Assembly (NCBI GenBank): GCA_963809875.1
Contig: CAWELC010000006.1
Span: 128,591 to 192,590 of the forward strand
Origin: an uncultured delta proteobacterium
GTDB lineage: Bacteria; Desulfobacterota; Zymogenia; Zymogenales; Zymogenaceae
Direction: 5' to 3'
DNA: 64,000 nucleotides
Shown here: one piece after another, positions 51,001 to 58,862 of the stretch
Layout of the letters: each line of letters opens with the position of its first letter
Position numbering within the stretch: the stretch's first letter is position 1
Translations under genes and position numbers: made by a program
The notes under the pieces: generated by a model
The model's input: the letters and a program-made list of their open reading frames with translations, nothing else
Database searches by the model: none
What the model was told of the DNA's origin: nothing

Positions 51001-52373
51001 CTAGAAGACCCACTCCCCCTCGCTGTGCGTGAGCTTACCGTCCGAGGTGAGCCAGAGCCTCAGGTTTCCGCTCTTTGCCGTCCCGTTGGCGCGGGAGGAA
51101 AAGCCCATCGTGGCGATGACGGCGCCGTCCGTCAGGCTCGCGCCCGCGGCGTACGCGCTGACCGAGAGCGTCCCCCCGGCGCTGAAGAACTCCGACACCC
51201 CCCTGAGGAGCGCCGAACGGCTTGCGCCGCCGGCCGACCCGTTATAATCGGTCGAAACCAGCCCTGCGAGCGCCCCGGTATCGCCCCGGGACAGGGCCGC
51301 GGAAAACGCATCGACGAACCGGGAGGCCACGTCATTGGGATCGATCTCTTCCTTTTCCGGGGCGGGCGCTTCTTCCGCGGGGGCAGCGAGAGTTCGTTCG
51401 GCCAATGCGGCGACAGCGGGGGGCGGCGCCCCGACGTACGTCGTCCGTGCCCTGAGCGTGTACCCGCCGGCCGGGACGGGGCCGGCCGCGTAGCGCCAGC
51501 GGCCGTTCTCGTCAGGTGCGATCGTCACCCAGCTCGCGCCGTTATCCACGGAGACGAGGGCGGCCCATCCTTGCGCGACCGTACCCTGCTACGGCGGCGG
51601 TTCCGCTCGGCTCCGGTGAGGTCCGCAGCGATGCGGAAGGTCCCGTCACTGCTTTCCGTCCTCTTGCCGTTTACGGTGATGGACGTGATAACCTCCTCTC
51701 GTGGGGCAATCGTGGGGGGCGTGCCGGCAAACCCGAGGGAAATCGAGTCGGTATACGTATCGCGGGAAAGCAGGGGGACGAGCCCGCCACCGAACATCTC
51801 CACCCTCACGCGGCTGTCGCCGCAGACCGGCAGGATGCGGGAATCCCCCAGGAGGGCAAAAACGCACCCCCGGGTCACCCGGAGATAGTAGCCGTTTTCG
51901 AAGACGTCGGCGGCGGCCGTGACATCGGCGCCGGTGACCGGGTCGGTAAAGACCCTCGCCCATCCTGCCGAGAAGAGGACCAGAGACCCCGTCCCCACGG
52001 CCGCCCGCATCCGCCCCGAGGTGAGGCTCAGCCGGGCGGTAATGACGATCTTTTTCGCGCCGGTCTTCTCGTCCGTCATCCACCGGGGCTCGATCGTGTC
52101 GACGGCAAGGGTCGTGCCGCTCCCCAGCGCCACGAGGCTCCCGTCGGGAAATTCCAGCTCGGCGGAGTCCCCCGGTCCCGTGCTCACGGTATCTCCCGGG
52201 CCGACCTTTTCGTGCCGCCAGACCGAGACAAAGTCATCGGTCCCCGCGTATTTTACGGTGACGTGTCCCTCGACCCGGACGATGCGCGCCGCCGGAGCAA
52301 GGGACGCCGCCGCGTGCGCTGCCAGACAGAAGAGGGCCGCGATAAGAAAGGCCGTGCGCGTTGCGGTACACAT
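51001..52373 (-). CDS. secreted FecR-domain protein continuing (after 1-2 frame shifts near 51560-51590) into Ig-like and NTF2-like C-terminal domains
   Basis: Signal MCTATRTAFLIAALFCLAAHAAA. FecR core VGPGDTVSTGPGDSAELEFPDGSLVALGSGTTL. Then VSVDNGASWVTIAPDENGRWRYAAGPVPAGGYTLRARTTY (Ig-like), a Pro/Ala linker, and ...LVSTDYNGSAGG...LRLWLTSDGKLTHSEGEWVF. GGAGG RBS; the ATG is 14 nt after the barrel-gene stop. Confidence 0.6.
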
Positions 52374-52390
52374 CCGGTCACCTCCGAATC

Positions 52391-54068
52391 TCAAAATTCC
52401 AGGCTCACATAGATCCCGAAGAGTCTCTCTCCGTACGCGAGCTCCGGGTTTGGGGACGAGACGTCCCTGAGGACGCCGTGGAGCCCGAGCGTCCCGATCA
52501 GCCCGCCCCGCTTGAGCAGCACCTGCTCCAGGGTGAAATGAAGCGAGTGCTCGCGCGTGTCGTCGGCCGACTCCCGCCGTCTGAAGATCCCCTCGTAGCG
52601 CACCGAGCATCTGGTCGGGTGGTCGGTGAGAAATGAAACGGTCATCGCCGTCCCCGCCCCGACGCGCGCCACCGTATCGGAAAGGTGACCCCTGACGCGG
52701 TCGTGGATGCCCTCGATCCTGACCTCGCCGAGGAGGTCGGCGGAGAATGTATACCGGTCGGTGTCCTTATGGTACCCGAATTCGGCGCCGACGCCGCCGA
52801 TGAGCGTATCGAGATCCGCGGCGGTCTCGTCGTCGTAAGCGCTCCAGGGTGCAGATAAGGGCCCACCGGACGGCGGTGCGCGAATCGCCGATCCGCAACC
52901 GGGCGATGAGCCGCTCGTCGGCGACCGAGCGCGGCGCGTCGTCGGAACTTTCGCGGGAAAGAGTGGCCGAGAGATCGATCGTCAGATTTCTGAACGTGGA
53001 ATCGGCATCGTAGAAAAAGGGCTTGACCGAGAGGCTGATCCCGGGGTCCATCGTATCCGTGCGGTAGGGGGCCGGGGACGAATCGCTCAGGCGATCGTGA
53101 AACCAGCGAAAGTAGGCGGTGGCAGACAGCATCTCCGACGGCGTGTAGCGCAGGCCGGCCGACAGGGTCTCGCGGTCGATGGAGTGGGTCCCCATGACGC
53201 CGATGAAGTCGGGCTCGACCCGCTCGTAGGCCACGAGCAGCGAGAGCTCGTTGCGCAGGGGGGCAAACGAGAGGGCGCACCAGGCGGCGTTCCCCCACAC
53301 GGCCTCGGCGGCAGGCAGCCTCCGGTCCGCGTTATAACTGCTCATGGCAAACTCGCCGGAAAGCACCAGCCGCTCGTCCATGAGCGATATCCGCGAGGAG
53401 AGGGACCAGACGTCATTGCTGTAGTCGGTGACGGCCGAGGGGCGGTACAGCTCGGCGATCTCGGTGTGGACCCAGGAAGCGGCAAGGAGGACGGACCGGG
53501 AGGGGTTCACCTCGAACCGGGCGCCGGAGAATACCCTCCGGTAGGTGTCGCGCCGGGCGTCGCGGTTGGTTCCCCCCAGCAGTGAGACCGAGAGCCACGG
53601 GGCGGGCCGGTAGGTGGCCGCCGCCCCGAAAAAGGCGTTGTTGAACGTGTAGTTGGAGTAGAAGGCCGAGCAGTCCCCCACGCCGATCTGGAAGGTGTCG
53701 CCGGTGATTCCGAGCCTGATCTCGTTTATCATCCAGCTGTCGCCCGGGGCGCGCTGGAGCAGCCGGTCGCTCGTGTGCCTGCCCCAGAAGGAGAAATCGA
53801 CCCCGAGGCCGGAAGGGAGGTCGCGGGAGAAATTGACTCTGAGGCCCTCGTCGTAGTGCCACGCCTCGCCCGTTTCCGGATCGACGTCGAGCGTGGACGC
53901 GCCCAGGTTGCCGTATACGGACTCGTAATAGGTGTCGATGGAGTAGGTCGCCCTGAGATAGCCGCCGTCGTCAAAGTCGGCGGACCAGGCCGCGGGCGCA
54001 GAGAGAGCGACAATGCCCAGGGCAAGGAGCAGGGAGGGGGAGAGGAATATGAATACGGTCCGTTTCAT
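52391..54068 (-). CDS. outer-membrane beta-barrel protein, uncharacterised family; one frame shift near 52855
   Basis: Signal peptide ...SAPAAWSA, alternating beta-strand pattern, and C-terminal ...GIYVSLEF (terminal Phe). Clear homology to 56771..58483 (TYYESVYGN, WHY.E.L, GRH..D, NYTF, LGG.NRD, VTDY.NDV.SL, VEP.F..VMG). Confidence 0.7.
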
Positions 54069-54326
54069 AACGCCTATCAGAGGGATGAAAAGGGATTATC
54101 CGATCGGGGCAATGTCTACGAATATCTGAAAGTATTGGGGAAAACGGGGGGGTTGTCAAGAGGAATGAAGGGGGGAAGAGCGGCGGATGACGAGCGTCGA
54201 AAAAACGAGCCCGTCTGTCAAAAATGAAATAAATCTCGTCCTATTGTATAACCATTTGATAATTTGGTCTTTACTATATCGCCTTTATGCCCTATTATCC
54301 ACGCATATTCCTGAACGGAGGGTTCC

Positions 54327-55653
54327 ATGAAGGACGGATACACAAAGGAAGGATATCTCGTCTCAAGGCGGTACGCTTACTACGTTTTCGCTGTCCTCTT
54401 TGTCATTTACATGATCGATTACGTCGACCGCTATGTGGTGGCCGGGGTCGTCCCTTACCTCAAGATGTCGATTGCCGAGGGGGGACTCGGCCTCTCGGAT
54501 ACCCAGTCCGGCCTGATGATGTCGGTCATCTACTGGTCGATGATCGTGCTCACCTTCCCGTTTTCCATACTCCTGGACCGCTGGAAGCGGGCAAAGAGCC
54601 TCGGGGTCATGGTGATGCTCTGGAGCTTTGCCACCGGCATCTGCGCCTTCACCAAGAGCTTTCCGCAGCTCCTTTCTGCCCGCGTGGCCGTAGGTGTCGG
54701 CGAGGCCGGGTACGTCCCGGGCGGGTACAACCTGATCGCCGCCTACTTCCCCGAGAAGAAGCGGGACCTCATCATCGGCATTTGGAACGCCGCGATCCCC
54801 CTCGGGGTGGTCGGTGGGACGATACTGGGCGGCATCATCGGGGTCCGCTACGGCTGGCGGCACGCCTTCGGGATCGTGGCGATACCGGGGCTTGATACTG
54901 GCGCTCCTCTTCTTCCTTATGAGGGACTACAAGACCGTCGCGCTCCTGAAAACCGTGACGGGCTCCAAGACGTCCCAGAAGATCAAGATGAAGGTGGCCG
55001 ACATCATCAAGGAATTCCTCCACACCCCGTCGCTGCTTCTGACCTACCTGGGCTACACCGGCTGCGTGTTTGTCACCAACGCGCTGTTGTTCTGGCTTCC
55101 CTCCTACTTCAACCGCACCGAGGGGCTCCCCATGGACAAGGCGTCCATGAAGTCGTCGGTCGTGTTCCTGCTGGCCATCGTGGGCGCCCCGCTGGGAGGG
55201 ATATTGACCAACCTGCTGCAGAAGAGGGTCAAAAACGCACGGCTCGTGTTTCCGACGATCAGCTGCCTGGTCTCCGCGATCCTGCTCTTTGCCGCGTTCT
55301 ATTTCTTCCAGGGCAAAGCCCAGTACTATCTCCTCGTCGCGATGGGGCTGACCATCCCGATGTTTATCGCGGGGTCTGCCGCCGTCACCCAGGACGTCGT
55401 CCACCCGGGGCTTCGCTCGATATCGTTTTCCCTCTGCATGGTCGTCCACAACCTGCTGGGGGGATCCATCGGGCCGATCTTCGTGGGGTTCATCTCCGAC
55501 CGCTCCGCCGATCCCGCCATCGGGCTGACGGCCGGGATAAAATACCTCCCGTTTTTCCTCGCCCTCGGCGCGGCGTTCTTTTTCGTCGGCTCTTTCTTTT
55601 ACACGAAAGACCTGGCGAAAGTGGAGCGGGTGGTGCTGGAACCGGAAAAATAG
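54327..55653 (+). CDS. MFS transporter, one frame shift near 54893
   Basis: YAYYVFAVLFVIYMIDYVDRYVV...LLDRWKRAK...AVGVGEAGYVPGG...AIPG | LILALLFFL..., about 12 predicted TM segments across two frames. Confidence 0.75.
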
Positions 55654-55671
55654 CGAGTCTTTCCGACTGCA

Positions 55672-55701
55672 AAAAGGCCGCGGCGGAAGCTGCGGCCTTT
55701 T
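55672..55701. terminator. bidirectional intrinsic terminator
   Basis: AAAAGGCCGC-GGCGGAAGCT-GCGGCCTTTT between convergent genes. Confidence 0.7.
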
Positions 55702-55738
55702 CTAAAGGGTTTCCTTTCATCGTTTAGCAGAGCGCGTA

Positions 55739-56215
55739 TTAGAAGAACCAGTCACCCTCGGCGTGGATTAGTTTCCAATCGCCCTCATCATTTGATATCC
55801 ACCACTTAGTTCTACCATTCTCTATAGTACCGTTAATGTTAGAAACCCAACTTGTAGAGAGTACTATTACGTTAACTCCGCTATTAGCAGTGTCCTCATC
55901 CATGGGATAGCTGATTCGACCGATCGAATATGTTACATTTATATTCTCTCTGCTATCAAAAAAACTTTGTATTCCACTCATAAAATCTGTTTTTGAACTA
56001 AAACCTCCCACGTTACCAGTGTAATCATCGGATATAAGCTCCCTTATGCCATATACATTCTTCACTTCAAATGACTCAAAGAAGGACCGAGCAAACTTGG
56101 TGGCTTTGTCTGCGTTCTGATCTTCGATTTGATTACTATACGTGTTGATAGATATAGAAAAGAAAGAGACTAATACGCTACCGATAATTAATACTTTCTT
56201 TACTGTTTCCATCAT
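55739..56215 (-). CDS. small exported NTF2/SnoaL-like protein (island copy 2)
   Basis: N-terminal anchor/signal VKKVLIIGSVLVSFFSISI. ...ELISDDYTGNVGGFSSKTDF...TKWWISNDEGDWKLIHAEGDWFF, with the same C-terminal motif as 56277 and 51001. Confidence 0.6.
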   Translation of the reverse strand: MMETVKKVLIIGSVLVSFFSISINTYSNQIEDQNADKATKFARSFFESFEVKNVYGIRELISDDYTGNVGGFSSKTDFMSGIQSFFDSRENINVTYSIGRISYPMDEDTANSGVNVIVLSTSWVSNINGTIENGRTKWWISNDEGDWKLIHAEGDWFF

Positions 56216-56276
56216 AACCCCGAAGAATACATGAACTTAATAGTCCATTAGCAGGTGAAACGGTGTGAAATGGCCG

Positions 56277-56732
56277 TTAAACTACTTCAAAGAACCAGTC
56301 TCCAGCTGTCTTTTCAATTTTCTTAATTTTGAAATTATCCAGTTCTGAGACCCACCACGTAATTTGACCACTTTTATACGCACCAAGATCACCTTCCCAA
56401 ATTACTGTTATTTTGTATATCATGTCTTCATAGATAATTTTTTGGATTTCAGATAAGAATCCTATTTCTTGGTCAGATCCAATAAAGAATGCGGTCGTCT
56501 GGCTAATAAGATCATCAGCAGAGCTGAAGATCCCCCCGATACCGTCATATGCGGGGGATATAAGGGATTCTATAGCTTTTATATTTCTGGTCTTAAAGTA
56601 ATCAAGAAAATCTAGGACGACATTCCTTGCTTTTTGTCCTGGATCCATTAATCCAAGCTTACTCTTTTGCAGCTTTTTACTCTTGCCGTTTTGACTTGCT
56701 TCGGTTCTTTTCCCACTTTTCATTCTTTTCAC
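56277..56732 (-). CDS. small NTF2/SnoaL-like protein with Lys-rich N-terminus (island copy 1)
   Basis: ...ESLISPAYDGIGGIFSSADDL...GQITWWVSELDNFKIKKIEKTAGDWFFEVV. No clear signal peptide, so the start is uncertain. Confidence 0.55.
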   Translation of the reverse strand: MKRMKSGKRTEASQNGKSKKLQKSKLGLMDPGQKARNVVLDFLDYFKTRNIKAIESLISPAYDGIGGIFSSADDLISQTTAFFIGSDQEIGFLSEIQKIIYEDMIYKITVIWEGDLGAYKSGQITWWVSELDNFKIKKIEKTAGDWFFEVV

Positions 56733-56770
56733 CTGATCTGCAATAAGAAGGTTGCAGTTTATTAGAAATT

Positions 56771-58483
56771 CTAGAATGAGATGGTAAAGTCTAAGGAATA
56801 TATATTCTCTCCGTAGCGTTTCTGAGTATCCAATGGGCGAGAGTCGAAGTTCCTGTAACTTGCGCCTATGGAGTAGATATATTTCTCTCTCTCTCGTATA
56901 AAACTTATCTTGGCTTCATGCGAAGTGGTTCCCCCCTGACCGTTTATGAATTCGCCAGTGTACGATAATCTAAGTCGATTGACATTACTATTGTACGGAA
57001 ACCGTATATTTAACCCCGTCCTGACTATAGATAAAACCTCCAAAGAGTCTACGTCTGTGCTATGATTAAAGGTTTTCTTAAAACCTACCTGGTAGACTAT
57101 ATAGGGATTCCAATGAATATTTGATAAATTAAATTCACAGCTATAGCTTGTTAAGAGTGTATTAGTATAAGACTCGACATCAGTAACTGAATTGTCGTTC
57201 TGTTCGAAATCGTAGCCACAAGAGTAAGACATGTCAACACTATCTAATTTCGAGCTATTCGAAATTCTTAGGCCGGCATTCCTACTCTCTTCGTTTACGC
57301 TTCTTGGGTCATTCTCAGATTGTCTGTTCGTGGAGCCATAGTAAATAGCTAGCTGAAGACCTTTAAGAAAGGTTGCTACATCTCGGTAATAGAATGGCGT
57401 TAAGGTAATATCACCATAAGAGGTATTAATATTAGTACGATAATCTTTTAGCGTATTATCATTGAGGGAGTCCCTGCTGTGAAAATAATAACTATAGACT
57501 TTTAGGAATTCCGACCTCTTGTATCTCAAACTCGCTCTGATTTTCTCTATATCGTTACTGTATTTTCCCATAACCGCGTGAAACTGAGGTTCAACATATT
57601 CGTAGTCAACGCTAAGATCTAAATAGTTGTAATAAGCGTCAGAATATTCGTAGTATAAGCCTAATCTTAATGCCAATCCATAATAGGTATCTACTTCATG
57701 ACCTGCACGGTTAGGATTATACCAGCTTATAGCTAATTCACTTTTGATATTAATTGTATTGTCAACTATATTTGGATTACCGAGCGAACCTAATTCAAAA
57801 TGCAGATTTGTATCGAGAGATAAAACATCATTACAGTAATCGGTTACTATTGTATCTGGGTATAGTTTGGAGACTTCAGTATGAATATAGGAAATGCCGA
57901 CAAGATAAGCTGGTATTCTTATATAGGCCTTTGGTGTAAATTCTAGTCGTAAACCACCAAATATGTGTTCGAACGTATCTTCTTCGCCATCGCGGTTTCT
58001 TCCTCCAAGTACCTTCATCTTAAATTGAGGGGAAAACTTATACCATCCTCTTATACCTAGGAAAGAATCACTAAAGGTGTAGTTTGTATAGTATTCAAAA
58101 TTATCTCCAATACTAATAGCGAATTTGTCTTTCTTAGTTATGCCAAAATATACCTCTAATAGTTCCCAACGCTTATCCAAATCGCCAGTAACGACCTTGT
58201 CGGTAGCGTGTCTACCTAACAGATGCAGTTTTAGTATTAGGTCATCTTTTAGGGCTTGGCTAAAATCAATTAGGAGATTCTCATTATAGTGCCAGTTATC
58301 CCCAGTCCTCAGATTAATATCAAGGGTGGATTGACTGCGGTTTCCGTACACGGATTCATAATACGTCTTCGATATCTGTAGTTGTATCAAGACGTCCAGC
58401 TCCGCCGCCCACTCGATGGCGTGCAGGGTCAGCGGAGAAAGGAGGATAATTGAAAGGAAGATGAAAAATAAGACCTTTTTCAT
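56771..58483 (-). CDS. outer-membrane beta-barrel protein, AT-rich homologue of 52391..54068
   Basis: Signal MKKVLFFIFLSIILLSPLTLHA. 570 aa, intact, Tyr/Asn/Ser-rich strands, C-terminal YSLDFTISF. Confidence 0.75.
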   Translation of the reverse strand: MKKVLFFIFLSIILLSPLTLHAIEWAAELDVLIQLQISKTYYESVYGNRSQSTLDINLRTGDNWHYNENLLIDFSQALKDDLILKLHLLGRHATDKVVTGDLDKRWELLEVYFGITKKDKFAISIGDNFEYYTNYTFSDSFLGIRGWYKFSPQFKMKVLGGRNRDGEEDTFEHIFGGLRLEFTPKAYIRIPAYLVGISYIHTEVSKLYPDTIVTDYCNDVLSLDTNLHFELGSLGNPNIVDNTINIKSELAISWYNPNRAGHEVDTYYGLALRLGLYYEYSDAYYNYLDLSVDYEYVEPQFHAVMGKYSNDIEKIRASLRYKRSEFLKVYSYYFHSRDSLNDNTLKDYRTNINTSYGDITLTPFYYRDVATFLKGLQLAIYYGSTNRQSENDPRSVNEESRNAGLRISNSSKLDSVDMSYSCGYDFEQNDNSVTDVESYTNTLLTSYSCEFNLSNIHWNPYIVYQVGFKKTFNHSTDVDSLEVLSIVRTGLNIRFPYNSNVNRLRLSYTGEFINGQGGTTSHEAKISFIREREKYIYSIGASYRNFDSRPLDTQKRYGENIYSLDFTISF

Positions 58484-58862
58484 AAATCTCCCCGAATGGG
58501 AAGGAATTAACGGTCAAGGGAATTGACGAGAACCTATAAAGGAAATTAGGGAATCCTAATTATGGACTGTAGGTTGAACTTTATTACGAGGCAAGTCAAG
58601 CAATATTATGTATGCAAATATAATGTTTATTGATGGTAAATGGGGATGGGGAGGAGAAATGAAGATACAAGAACGATATCAGGAGTTTGCGAGCGTTGAC
58701 AAGTATATAATAATTTTACTATTAGTATGTAACAACTTCGCCGTTATACAAAGTGCATTATCGTACGCCGCCTCTCCAAACGGGTACACGTCGCGGCGGC
58801 ACCGGGTCCTTATCCGTGGTTAAATCACCTGCCCAACCGACGACTACGCCGAATCTTGCGTC

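Larger units (their letters stand above)
55735..58860. other. AT-rich compositional island (candidate horizontally acquired or chimeric segment)
   Basis: Abrupt change from GC-rich, GC3-biased coding sequence to AT-rich sequence with AAA/AAT/ATT/TAT codon usage. It holds three co-directional intact genes. No integrase, transposase, tRNA or flanking repeats were seen. Confidence 0.7.

Noticed and set aside
55735-58860. AT-rich island as a transposon, integrative element or prophage remnant.
   Set aside because: No transposase, integrase or recombinase, no terminal inverted or direct repeats, and no adjacent tRNA are visible. Only a compositional island can be claimed, and a chimeric assembly is not excluded.
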